Positions 27,935-40,659 of a DNA stretch of 64,000 nucleotides are shown in pieces. Position 1 is the first letter of the stretch, and every line of letters begins with the position of its first letter. Source of the DNA: Ginglymostoma cirratum (Eukaryota). The translations under genes were made by a program, and so were the position numbers. The notes under the pieces were generated by a model that made no database searches, was not told the origin of the DNA, and saw only the letters and a list, made by a program, of their open reading frames with translations. Location of the stretch: positions 41,145,769 through 41,209,768 of the forward strand of contig JAHRHZ010000021.1 in assembly GCA_024137785.1 (NCBI GenBank), written 5' to 3'.

Positions 27935-28130
27935 TTTCTGGCTGGGTTAGCATTTAGTGCCCATCCCTAATTGCCCTTGAGAAGATAGTGGTGAGCTGAC
28001 TTCCTGACCTGTTGCAGTCCATCTGGTGTAAGCACACCCACGGTGCTGTTCGGGAGTGAGTTCCAGATTTTGACCCACTCCCAGCAACACTGAAAGAATG
28101 ATAATATATTTCCAAGTCAGGATGGTGACA
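27935..28130 (-). mobile_element. 3' tail of CR1-group LINE
   Basis: AGCATTTAGTGCCCATCCCTAATTGCCCTTGAGAAG is the reverse complement of the tail at about 18760-18800. Confidence 0.7.
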
Positions 28131-29510
28131 ATAAGACCATGAGACTTGGGGGCAGAAATTAGGCCATTCAGCCCATCGAGTCTGCTCCGCCATTCTATCG
28201 TGGCTGATAAGTTTCTCAACCCCATTCTCCCACTTTCTCCCCATAACTCTTGAACCCCTTGCCAATCAAAAATCTCTTTCTTAGATATACTCAATGACCT
28301 GCCTCCACAGCTTCCTGAGGCAATGAGGTCCATAGATTCACACTCTCTGGCTGAAGATGTTTCTCCTTATCTCCAATCTAGAAGGTCTTCCCTTTACTCT
28401 AAGGCTGTGCCCTTGGGCCGTGGTATCTCCTACCAATAGAAACATCTTCTCAATATCCACTCTGTCCAGGTGGTTCATTATTCTGTAAGTTTCAATTAGC
28501 TACCCTGTCATCCTTCGAAACTCCATTAAGTGTAGACCCAGAGTCGTCAAACGTTCCTCATATGTTAACCTTTTCAGTCCTGGGACCATTCTTGTGAACC
28601 TCCTCTGAACCTGCGCCAGGGCAGGTAAATCTTTCCTGAGATATAGAGCCTAAAACTGTGCACAATACTCCAAATGTGGCCTGACCAAAGCCTTATAGAG
28701 CCTCAGAAGTACATTCCTGCTTTTATATTCAAGTCCTCTCAAAATAAATGCCAACATTACATTTGCCTTCCTAACTACGGACTTAACCTGCAAGTTTACC
28801 TTGAGAGAATCCTGGACTAAAACTCCCAAGCCTCTTTGCATTTCAGATTTCTGAATTTCCCTCCATTTAGAATATAGCCCATGCCTCTATTCTTCTTACC
28901 AAAGTGCATGACCTCACACTTTCCCATGTTGTATTCCATCTGCCACTTCTTTACCCACTCTCCTAACCTGTCAAAATCCTTCTGCAGCTTCCCTGCCTCC
29001 TCAATACTACCTCTTCCTCTAGCTATCTTTGCATCATCTGCAAACTTAGCCAGGCTGATAAGTTTCTCTAAAGTACGAAGTAAAAAGTTGTGGTCCCAAC
29101 ACTGACCCTTGCGGAACATCACTTGTCACCAGCTGCCATCCTGAGAAAGACCCTTTTATCCCCACTCTCTGCTTTCTGCCAGACAGCCAATCTTCTATCC
29201 ATGCTAGCACCTTGCCTCTAACACCATGGGCCCTTGTCTTACTCTGCAACCTCCTGTGCGGCACCTTGTCAGAGGCCTTCTTGAAGTCCAGGTAGATAAC
29301 ATCCATTGGCTCTCCTTGGTCTAACCTGCCCGTTACTTCCTCAAAGAATTCTAGCAGATTTGTCAGGCATGACCTTCCCTTGATGAAACCATGCTGACTT
29401 TGCCCTACTTTACCAAACGCTTCCAAATATTCAGAAATCTCACCCTTCACAATGGATACCAATGCCTTACCCCATGACCAAGATTAGGCTAATTGGCGTG
29501 TAATTTTTCC
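28131..29510 (-). mobile_element. 5'-truncated CR1 LINE (RT domain, frameshifted)
   Basis: QHGFIKGRSCLTNLLEFFE, YLDFKKASDKVPH, VPQGSVLGPQLF, KFADDAK and LVRPHLEYCAQF, followed by a 3' UTR. Confidence 0.95.
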
Positions 29511-29857
29511 ATGCAGTTGAATCCACCCCTACAGAAGTTAACCTGCTGCTTTGTTTCCTACTGGAGTAAGTTTTACCTTTCCCTTCCCTGCCACCACCAC
29601 CACCACCATCATCCCCCCGCCCCCAACACTTTCTAGTTTAAAGTCCTGTTGACCAGCCTGTTTACCCTTTTGGCTAGAACATTGAGGAACGTACACTGAA
29701 GATTGGAATAGTTTTAGGCTGTTTCTTGCTAAAGTGTGCATCTTAGGGGAATATAAAGCTACATTGCTTTTGAAAAAAAATGTACAAGATTAGTGTGTAA
29801 GAAAGAAAGGAATCCCTTTCAAAAAGACTAAATGTCTCAAACCACCTTCCGGCTGAG

Positions 29858-30150
29858 AATGTACTTCTCAAGTATAGTCACTGTACTAATGTAGGAAACA
29901 ATAAGCCAATTTGAACATACCAAGTTTCCACAAATTACGAGGGGTCCATCACAGATAATTTGATTGAGGGGAAAGTATTATTCAGGACAATAGGAATAAC
30001 TGATCTTGTCTTCGAAATAGTAGAATGGAAGCTTTCATATCTGAGAGGGCAGATGGCTTAGTTTAACATTTCATCAAAAGAAGGCACCTTTGGAGAGTCA
30101 GCTGTGATTTTTGTCATGGAATGCAGTGAACCTTACAAATGCCTAGGCAA
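29858..30150 (-). mobile_element. DeuSINE-type SINE, degenerate
   Basis: GTTTAACATTTCATCAAAAGAAGGCACCT and a tail similar to the 5925 and 20765 copies. Confidence 0.6.
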
Positions 30151-32389
30151 GAGTGTGCAATAATGTCTTCCTGCCAGTTCCGAAGATTCTTTTATTTTCT
30201 TTGTTGTGGAAAAAAAGCATGAATTAAGTCTGTACCCATTCCTCATGGTATATTAAAATTTGAATTACATCACCACATTGAATCTTTAGACAGATCTCTG
30301 AAAGTGTTAACCAAATACATATATTTGTCTAGACACTTCGACATCCTGGTTTCAAATCCACCTCAGACCAATGAGGTTCGAAACTGCTGTACTGTAGGGG
30401 TTGTGTGTGAAGGGACAATCCCAAGCTTGTTTCCAGTGGCCTTAAGTTTACATCTTAAAACTGGATTAAGCACAACAGTGATAACCTCACTCAAACTGGC
30501 ACAGGATGGCTGATGGAGGAAATGGGAAAGTGCCATGTTGGTGCAATGGCATGTGTTCTCCTCGCTTGCTTTTAAGGCATATTTTGGGAGCAATGATGAG
30601 GGTGCAAAACTGGGAGTGCAGAAGTTAGCATTGGGGGATTGGAATTGCCTAATTCTCCAGCAATCACATGATCACCTCAATGTGTGCAAAATGAAAATTA
30701 TATCCCTTCAACACTAAATATAAAGCATGTTACCTCAAGGTACGTTTTTTTTTTATTTTGCATCCAAAGGATATTTTCGCCTACATCGGTGTGGATCAGT
30801 GCCTTATTCATACCGTTTAAGGGAAGGAGACAGCTTTACATCTCCATTGGACTAAATAGTCCACTGCATGTTGGTTGAGTGGAACATTTGCTAGACTATT
30901 TATAGGGCAGCAGATTGAAAGTTAATACTTACAAGGCTTGACTGAATTGTTCTTTTTGAGCTGTCACTGTAAATATAAGCAATCCCAATGAGTTCAGTAA
31001 TCAAAATGAAAATGTATGCTAGTTATTCTTTCAACGACCCGCTACCACATTAAATCCATGTACTTTGTCACCTACTCACCTGTAATCTATTTTACTTTTG
31101 GAGTGACAGTCCCTTAGAAACTTTGGGGAAGAAACTGGTCTACGCCAGCAGTGTTAATTAAGTTAGTAGCAAATCAGAAGTCAATTTTTCACTACCATTT
31201 GATGGGAAAATATTGATGAGATTTTTAATGCTAAACAAACCAACAGTGAGATTAAGCCTTAAAATAAAAAAAAAACAAACATTCAGAATGATCTTGAACT
31301 GTTATTCTCCAAACTTCAGTGGGAAGTGTACTGGGTATCGTGAAAGATTGGCTGCTGAATGACTGGAAATCTGTTATATTGTTGGTGCATACCAGTGCCA
31401 GCCTTCTTGACTTGACGGCCCAAAGAGTTAGATAGTTTCAAATCAGTACAGGAAGGACATTAAGTCAACAACAAGAGTGAGTGGACTACAGAACAGAAAA
31501 CAAGATCAATGTTATAGAAACCACAAGGATACAGAAATCAATGCTACAGATTGTTCTTAGGCTTAGATTAAGTGTAAAAAAGAAATAGCTGCAGAGAGAA
31601 ATTTACTGTGTACTAAGATAACTTGATAAGCTGTGATATCTTGGAGATGTGATATCTACTCAAAGCAAGAAAATAAATGATCCTTTTACTTTGTTTTCAT
31701 TGTTAACTCCACTGGGCACACTTTATTATTTAGTCTTGGGATCTTGCATGTAAATGCTAGATTGTTGTTGACAAAGAGTCTGTTATACACAGAGTCTGTT
31801 GTGGTTAAAGAAATAACACATGTCAGAAGTCTAAATCATGATCATGTTATAGCTTATATATATATAGGAAATATATAGGAAATTACATCCTATTAGTGTT
31901 TCCTCATGACCTGAGCAATATTATTATGTTATCAGTGCCATGTTCTTTAATTAATCTATGAAGAGGTCCACTCCACTAATATGCAGCTGGCTATTTCATC
32001 CGATGTAGCCTGACTGTACTTTAAATATAGAAAATGCAGATACAGCTAATATAGGATGAGAGCTGCATGACTGATATAGCCATAAGTTGCTCCTCTAAAA
32101 CATGTTCTTTGATTCAAGTGTACGTTTATTCTGCCATCAATTTGGAAAGTTATTTACCTTATTTTTAATTGCTTTACTAATTACAATGTGTACCAATTTC
32201 TAGGCCTAGAGGTCAGAAAGATAACTCTCGCCTCTGCCTCTGTTAACAAAGCTCTACAATTATCCCTTTTATAAAAATACCCCGTGGGAGAAGAATGATC
32301 TTCATGACAAAGATTGAGTTCTTGCAATGCCTGGATAACAAACACAGCCTGCTTCCCTCATATACAAACAGTACACTGTAGGTGCTGAA

Positions 32390-33270
32390 GAAAAAAGACA
32401 CAAAACACTTGAAATACACAGCAAATCAGGCAGAATCTGTAAAGAGAAAGAGTGCTCAGATGAACAAGCATCTCCATCCGAAATACTGAGCAGAATTTCC
32501 TGCTTTTTGTCTCAGGGTGATGACAGCTGTAAAGATCAGCCGTTACTGTGAAAGGGAAAGGCCACTGGGTCTTGAGTCAATCAGGTATTTAAGTAGTCAC
32601 GCATTGGACTCTTAACTAGGATTATTTCCCAGGACAGTGGCTACTCGTTCTGTCCCACCTCAGACTGCTGGCCACTCTGAAGCAAGCACCCATGGTGAAC
32701 TGCAACACTGCTATAGGGGCTGGGGCTGTTGGCTATACAACAATCCCAGTGTCCAGGAAAACAGGCACAGGATGTAGCTTTTCTGAGGTGAGGATTGTGG
32801 ATGTGAGAGTCACAAAGGAGGGGGCTTTTAGAAACAAGGGCAGGGTGTAACTTTCAGCAGCTGTCCTCCTTCACTACAACACCCACCCTCACAATTCATT
32901 CCCACAATTATCCCCAGAGATTGGGGCAGATCAAAGATCATTTCTGCAAAACTGGTGGGAAAGATGGCTAGAGTTCTTGCCTACCAGTAACAGAGTCTGT
33001 CAGGAGGGTGGTGTGGAGATGTTTAATTAGTTGTTAATTGATGGGTCTCAGTGGGGTCATAGTCAGAGGTAGGTAGGCTTCGCTCCCAGAACTTCATTCC
33101 TTTGATGGTAGAAAGGTGGCAGAAATCTTTGATTCAAACGTTCATAGTCGTCCCCTCACACCGTCCTGAACACCTCTTTTTGGGAGGGGGAGATTCCACC
33201 TAGTAACTCAGTTTCCCTATACTGATGCTGCCTGACTTGCTCAGTATTTACATCATTTTTCTGCTTTCAC
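32390..33270. mobile_element. Old inverted Penelope-like end interrupted by a MITE-like insertion (about 32488-33201)
   Basis: Arms GAAATACACAGCAAATCAGGCAGAATC (32411) and GATGCTGCCTGACTTGCTCAGTATTT (33224) are complementary. The insert has termini GAGCAGAATTTCC / GGAGATTCCACC. Confidence 0.45.
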
Positions 33271-35356
33271 TTTCTTTCCCAGTTCCAATATTCACACTAC
33301 GGTCAAGAATTCCCTCCCAAACCCTTCACATCTCCGTCTCTCATCTCTATGTCTAAGTTGTTGGCCATCCCTCCAAATATTTGGCTTCATCATGCCACTG
33401 TGAAGTACTTTGGGATATTATTACACATAAATGTGAGTATTTACTATTATTTCGAGGTGACAGTCTATTGTATCAATTTATTTCCAATGCCATGTAATGA
33501 CTTACAAATTTAGTACATCATTTAATTACCATAGTTTAGTTAATTTATACTTCCCATAATGGCAATTTTGCTTCAATCCTTGTTCTTAAATAGAGTTCAA
33601 TCAAAATGTAACATACACTCACAAATCAGTAGACTTAATCAAATGATAAGCACCAGAAGTGAATTAGAAGTAAATTTACAAGAATAAATGCTGTTAACAT
33701 CATGAACATACAGGGTTATTGGACCATAATGTGTAATTACTGGGAATCTAATGGTATCCATCAAGACTTGCCCCTGTTCCATTCACTAATTTTGTTCACT
33801 AGGTGACTGAAAGTGTGATCTGCTAGGAGTTATGTACTCCACCATTACTTCCAATGCCTCTGACTCCCTCTCCCGATGACCCTGCAACCTGGAAATGCCA
33901 CTCACGCAGCATCATTAGCCTTGCTCTGGGACGTAGGGGGTGCTCCTCTGCCAGCAGCCATGGCTGTCTCCATGGTACTGCTGAGCACAAGAGGCTGGCA
34001 GCTGTTGCTGGGCAGGATTTCTACCCTGGGGATCTTGCATGCAAGGGGAGGCCTGCAGGTTGTCTCTATGCCAGCAGATTGGCATTCGGTTCAGTGGGGC
34101 TTTCCTGGATGAGGCAAGACAAGGTTTTTTGCCAGCTCCACAGCCAACAGGTGAGGCTCCTGACACCTAAACCAATGAAAGGAATAGTAAGTTTGGAGTA
34201 AGCTACAGAAAAATTGAAACAGAGGTAATATATAAAATAATAAAGTGACATTTTTAAAATGTATATAAAAATCTGTGACCTGTAAGAGTGAGATATCACT
34301 TGTACCACTTAATTTCCAGGGCCAGAAAGGGTGCTGGCAGTCATTATGCCATTAAAAAGCTACTTGTGCTTTACTTCCCACTTTTAATTTAAGGGGACGT
34401 TAAACTGTATTTACAACACAAATATTGCAACTTCATGAAGCATGTCAATAGCAAGACAGAGAGTGAAATAATGTTTTTCATGAAGCTTTGTGCTTGCTAA
34501 ACAGTACACCACCATCATTTAGATATTTATATTTAACCTCAAATCTGGCCCTTGCCTGTTGTTTTTGCACTATTTATGTTTAGGAAAAATACTACCATTA
34601 GCCTTATTGTTATTTTGAAATCAAAAACAGGACCATTGTTGTTTCAACCCAAAGTCAGATCTTTATTTAGAAACCCATTATTTCTTGAACCTCTCCCAAT
34701 CTGGCAACTTTAACAGAGCAGTATCAGGTTAACAGGAGCAGCACTGAAGCTAATTTAAAATTCTAGCACGATCACGTGCCTGGGTTATCCCCAAATATTC
34801 TCAATCAAGATTTTCCTGGTCTGCCTTATTCCAGGAAATGAACCCAATTACACAATATTCAAAAAATCCCCAGAAAATCTCAAGCTTCTAGTTTCATTAT
34901 TTCTACTCTCAATTATCCTCGACAGGCGCTCCTGCTACCTCTCCCAATGGTGCCCTGCATTCCCATGTTACCACTTTCTTCCTTAACTGTTATGCCCAGA
35001 CACACACAATGCTGAGCTGTTGAAGACTATGTTTCTTTGCCACTTTCTCTAACTAACACAGTTGATTATGTTCCACTCACAATTTCTAAACAACTGCTTA
35101 TTTTCTGTACTGCTGCCTCATGCCGCACTGATCTAACTACAAACTTGATTAGCACCATATCTACAAGCATCCATTCTCTCCACCACTGACGCTCAGCAGC
35201 AGCAGTGCATACTATCTACAAGATGCACTGCAGGAATTCACCACTGATCCATAGACAGCAACTTCCAAACCCATTGCCCCTTCCATCTGGAAGAACAAGG
35301 GCAGCAGACACATGGGAAGAGCACCACTTGCAAGTTCCCCTCCAAACCATTCTCCA

Positions 35357-35528
35357 AGGTTTTAGAGTAGATTTGTAGCTCGGGTTGTGGATATTATGGT
35401 TGGTTGGCTCGCCGAGCTGGTTCGTTGTTCTGCAGCTTCATCGGAGGCTGCACTGATGATGTTACCCAGCAGGGTAATGAAACGTCTGCGGAACAACAAA
35501 CCAGCTCGGCAAGCCAACCAACCACAAA
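35357..35528. mobile_element. 172-bp fold-back Penelope-like insertion (family D)
   Basis: Inverted arms 35397-35435 / 35486-35524. 13-bp TSD AAACCATTCTCCA (35344-35356) / AAACCATTCACCA (35529-35541). Confidence 0.85.
35448..35491 (+). ncRNA. Minimal type-I hammerhead ribozyme motif
   Basis: Stem I CUGCA/UGCGG; core CUGAUGA (35453-35459) plus one extra U; stem II GUUACCC-AGCA-GGGUAAU; GAAA (35479-35482); palindromic ACGU loop 3; GUC cleavage triplet ending at 35486. Confidence 0.8.
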
Positions 35529-36574
35529 AAACCATTCACCATCCTGACGTGGAAATATATCGTTGATCCTTCACTGTTACTGGGTCAAAATCCTGGAATT
35601 CTTTCCCTAGGGACATTGTGGACCAATCTACAAAAAACACACACTACCCCACCCACAAAAATCCTCACTAAATCATCACTCCATATCTGCTCCAACGCAG
35701 TTAATGACTCCCAACTTCTGCTGAAGCAGCAACTGCAACTCCCATCCTCCAATCCATGACCACTTTCTCCATTCATTCCTCAGTAGTCTTATTGTGCTCC
35801 TAATGTCCCACCACTTACTCCTCTCTCCAATGACCATTTGTATCCTCCAGCTCCAACGTCTTCTGACACTATTTCTCCACCCCCGCCTTGTTGCTTCTCG
35901 CTCTTTCTCATCCCCAACAACCAGATCTATCTCACAGCTGTGAACTTCCATCACACCCTACCAGCTGTCTTCAGCTGCTCACTGTACTCTCCTGTTCACC
36001 CCATCACCAAGGTACACCTCAGGACCACAGAGAAAAACATTGCAAAGCTAAAAACTAGAAAAAAACGCTGACCATGTTTCCACCCTGCAAGTAGGAAATT
36101 TGCAGCTAGTTAAATCTACTCGTCAAATGAACTAGGAATTAATAAACAGTTATAATTATGTACATTTGTAAATTTAGATGACTCTCCCTCGGGGAGCTAT
36201 TATGCAGAGGCCAGGCTCTGCATCCCATACCCTAGCAAACAAAAACATAGTGTTATTGTGATGTGATACAAGTATCCCCATTCATGAGGCAGCTAATAGC
36301 CTATTGTGCTTATGATCCTGCCATCACTAGTAAAGGAAGTTTATATTGAAATATTTTCCATAGAAACTTCAAAGCAGTAACCTTGAAAGCCCCCTGTGAG
36401 CTATCCTGAAAGTTTGATTCATAAAGATGACCACAACTTGATTTTAGTGGCTCTTGCGTTGCAGGATCAGATTGTTAATGCTGCAAAATCCACAGAGAAC
36501 TGCTTTTTGTCCATATCCCATACCACTCCAGTTCTGATTTTTCTTTGATAATATAGCAGTTTTGTTTCTTCTTT

Positions 36575-36660
36575 GCTCATTCGCAGGATGTGGGCATCAC
36601 TAGCTGAGCCAGCATTTATTGCATATCCCTAGCTGTCCTCGATAAGGGGGAGGTAAGCCT
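36575..36660 (-). mobile_element. CR1-group LINE/SINE 3' tail fragment
   Basis: GCCAGCATTTATTGCATATCCCTAGCTG. Confidence 0.55.
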
Positions 36661-39600
36661 CAACTGTAGCTTCACATGAGCTCCTAGAGCTGCAAGCAGG
36701 AGTCTCTCTCTAAAGAGCAATCCCAGATCCCCTGATATACAGAGGATCTCATTGCAACTTTGAGTGAAGCATGTGTTGAGCGGCCTAACTGGTTATTCAC
36801 AAAGAAATTGTCAAAGACTGCTTTGAAAATGATAATCACTAAATTAGAGCTTTTCATAGGTCTGGCTCCACCAATCCCCAGCTGCCCAGTGGCCCCTTCC
36901 TCAGTCATTGTGCTTCCCCAATCTATCATCTCTTAATGGAAATGAAGCCAGCCTGTCAAAATGGCCCCTGCCCCTCCCAAACACTTTGTGTTGGAGGCTC
37001 AGGAGAGCCCCTCCCGCCAAAGTCTGCTCAGAGTTGAAAATCACAACTATATGTTTCAGATCTCCACCTGAATGTTGTTAGAAGATACCTAATAACTCTC
37101 CTGTTTATTTTTCACAGCTAGGAATCCTCATACTCATTTAGAGAAATTAATCCATTGATGTTTAATACAGTATTTCTTTTCATTTCTTTCTCTTGCACTG
37201 TCACTGCTTCTGATATTTTCAAGCACATCTGTTCAGTTTCCCAATTAGCATCTATCCTTGTTCCTTTCATGTCCATTCTCTAACACTGAATATGTGTCAG
37301 CAGTTTTCCCCTTTGTGACACTATGCCTGTGTTCATATGATTTTTTTTCCCAATTGGCATTTCCCCATAGATGGATGATAAAGGTCAACGAAGTACAAGT
37401 TCTTGGCTTGTAAGGTCTAACTTGCCTCATCTACTAGTTGTACATCAGAAAAGGAAATGTACAGCTTTTGCATGAACAATAGGGAATTAAAGATCTGGAA
37501 TGCAAAGTCAGCCTCGAGTGACAGATGTATCAGATTCAAAGACAGTGGCTAATCTATAAGCTTCAAATCTCTTTCACTCTGCGCAGACCCCATTTAGAGT
37601 CTACTTTGGCAATAATTTATAGGCTTATTAATATCACAACGCTTATAAATAAGGAGAAATACAAAATGAGCAGCTGGTGCATTACTGCATCTCAAGAAAT
37701 GTATGAATAAATGATTAGGCAGAGAAATGAATTGACAACAGGCAGAGGGCAACATCCATTAACATGTTACTATTGGGTCCAAGTACTCTGTGTGGTTGAG
37801 CAAAATCATGTGCAATGAATGTGATAAGCTCCAACATCTGCAATGACTGTAAAGTTGCCAGCAAAGTGATGGTTGAGCTAGTCCAAGCAAATATATCTGC
37901 CAATACTCCTTGATAGAACAGGAATAAAAACAACATCCGAACAGTTTCAACAAATCTATTGTTGCATAATTTGCTGGATGGCAACAGAACATAAAATGGT
38001 AGCATTGAGCTGATGGTCAACTTACAGCATTGTGTGATGTGTTGCTCAATTTTTGCTGTATATCACTTACAGTATTGCCTGGGTAGAGTCAGAAGATACA
38101 CATTTTTTAAATAAGATAGGTGTTTATGGCATGTTGCAATAATATCAAAGCCACTGATTTACAGCTACTGAGGAACTCAAATTGCATTGCTCTTAAATAG
38201 TATGCAGTGGATTTTATAAATGTTTTGGGGGATTAACCTCCATTCCTGTCCTTTATTTAATAAAGACCACAAATGAACAGCCTCCATTTTATATATTAGT
38301 AGATCTCTAATTGTGTTTACATGGGATGTCAAGGCCAATTTGAGTCATTAGGAGTTGGAGTAATTGAGTAGGGAATCAGAGAATAATTGGTCTATTTATC
38401 AGACTTTAAAGTCATATGTGTCTCCTTTTTTCACTATAATGCTTTGATTTCTTTGTTAAATAGCAAAACAATTTAGGAAGTGTAGATTATAACGTGGGGT
38501 TTTGTGTCTGTCAGCATTAGAAGGAGAATGTACACCTTGTAGGTGGGTATCCTAGACCTGACAAAATTGTTTAGTAACTTCCTAATTTAAAGATAACACA
38601 TGTGTGTTTTATGACTTATTCTTGAATGAGTACTTCTGTATTTGCTTTTCTTTCTGCATCTCCTTTTGCATGTCTTTCCTTCGCTATGCATCTCCTCCAC
38701 TTTCTCATCACTCTTTCTGCTTTCACTGCTGTTATTAATTACAACCTTTATATTTTCTAACTATTAACAAACACCCGTATAACAAAACAATAATTAGAGG
38801 TTTTGCTTTAAATATTCAGTCCTTTGAAGTCAAATTAGAATGGGGAAAGGCACTGTCTCTTTCTGCATTGTAGTATCAATTCCCCCACTATGAACATAAC
38901 CTCACTCACTGGGTGCAATAGGTAGCAATAATTAGTAAGTTTCATGTTTTAACTAGCCAACGAAATAAAAATGATAGTATTAGACTTCTGGTTTGCTTTC
39001 AGAAACCAATTCTTTTTTGGCATAAAAATAAACTGAATTAAGATGAAAAAAGAAACTGCATTCTGTCTCTCACATGCTCTCAGCTCAGTATCTACAATGT
39101 ATTTATTATTAAAACACTGACTGAAGCTACATGTGCATTAACAGCACAATCCAACATGTTTTGTTTCTCCCTCAATCACAGGCACATCCTGTTTTTAAAA
39201 CACACCTCAAAAAATAGAAATATACGCTGAATCTGAAGTTTAACTTCAGTTTTTTCAAAGTTATATTGAAGACAGCTGGATAGATTCTGTTTGAGACTAA
39301 GCAAATGGACTGTCATTTAATTAGCTTCATGCCACATGTCCAAAGTGGGAACCTGCGTGCACTGCATTTATTCCAACCATAGGTCTTCATTCAGCTAAAA
39401 GTGGAACTCTGAGCAGGAATATTAACTCAATTCGAGGCTGAGACCTCCAGTCAAAACCTATAATGAAATTATCTTTACACACAAAAAAAATGGCACAGAT
39501 TTGAGGTTGATAATAACAGTGAGGTGGAACATTACTTACAGCTATGTTATTGAGATATGAAATTTTACATTATAGTCAGCTGGGCATATGTATATATCTT

Positions 39601-39739
39601 GATCTATTTGAATAGAACGCTTTCCACAGTGCCCTGCCAAATGAACCAGGGAATGTTTTGTTGAGTTGAAACATGCAAACTGTGCGTACATATTCTGTCT
39701 GCAAAGACTAGCTCTCACTATGTTAATGCTTTTAGCTCT

Positions 39740-39895
39740 TTTTATTCACTCATGAAATGTGGGCATGACTGACTGGACCAGCATTTATTGCCCATCCTTA
39801 GTTGCCCTCAAGAAGGTAGTGACGGGCTGCCTCCTTGAACCACTGCCATCCTTTTGATGTAGGTGGAGCCACAATGTTGTTGCGGAGTTCCATGA
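39740..39895 (-). mobile_element. CR1-group LINE 3' tail fragment
   Basis: CCAGCATTTATTGCCCATCCTTAGTTGCCCTCAAGAAGG. Confidence 0.65.
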
Positions 39896-40659
39896 TACTT
39901 AGCTCCCAGTACATTACAGGTGCACCATTCTGTGACCCCTAAACGTCAATTTTATTTTTTTTATCAAACAAACTCCCCTCACTAATTTTTCCTGAGCGAG
40001 GTTGACTCAGGAGCCATATAAGAATAGTAGGTGACTACTAATCCTGGGATTTTCAACACCATTTCATTGTCTTCCAATTTTTGACAGCACCTTTTAAGGT
40101 TGTGGGCTTGGTCAGCTCTCAAGTCCCTAAACAGCATTCCCAACCTAGCATCCCGTTGCAGAGATAGGCATCAAATTGTGTGCCAGGTTTTTAAATAGTT
40201 GTAGTTCACAGCACCTCAGAGTTTTTGTGAACCTCAGACTGCATGAGGGAACATTTTAAATATAAGCTCAAAAGGTTCTCCTTGTGTCCTGCTTTCAAGG
40301 TGCAACCCCTAAATATCCCACAAAGCTCATCGTTTGCCCCATGCCAAGTCATGCCGCTTGTAATCTCGACCCTGAAACTGCAAGGCATTTGACACAACTT
40401 AAGCTTGTGTAAACAAACAACATGAAATTGGTAACAGAGATTAGAATACCAACATTTATGATCCACTTAAGAACCACAATTAGCTGTGGGGCAGGAAGGC
40501 TGTTTGCAATCCTTTCATCCATGGACTTAATAGGGGTAGAGTCTCAAAGGCAGCAGGATCCCCATCACTACCCTCCCACTAGATTAAATGATTACCCCAC
40601 CCCCCAACAATAAACATACCACAGGGGATCTATTGATTATTTGATGTAGATTATTTAAT

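Larger units (their letters stand above)
35160..35625 (+). mobile_element. CR1-group LINE 3' fragment (host of the 35357-35528 insertion)
   Basis: Homologous to 18470-18700 (CAAGATGCACTGCAG, GCAAGTTCCCCTCCAA, CTGGAATTCTTTCCCTA). Confidence 0.75.

Noticed and set aside
37715-38020. 101-aa hydrophobic ORF or possible minus-strand exon
   Set aside because: No recognisable homology and a weak donor; ORFs of this length are expected by chance.
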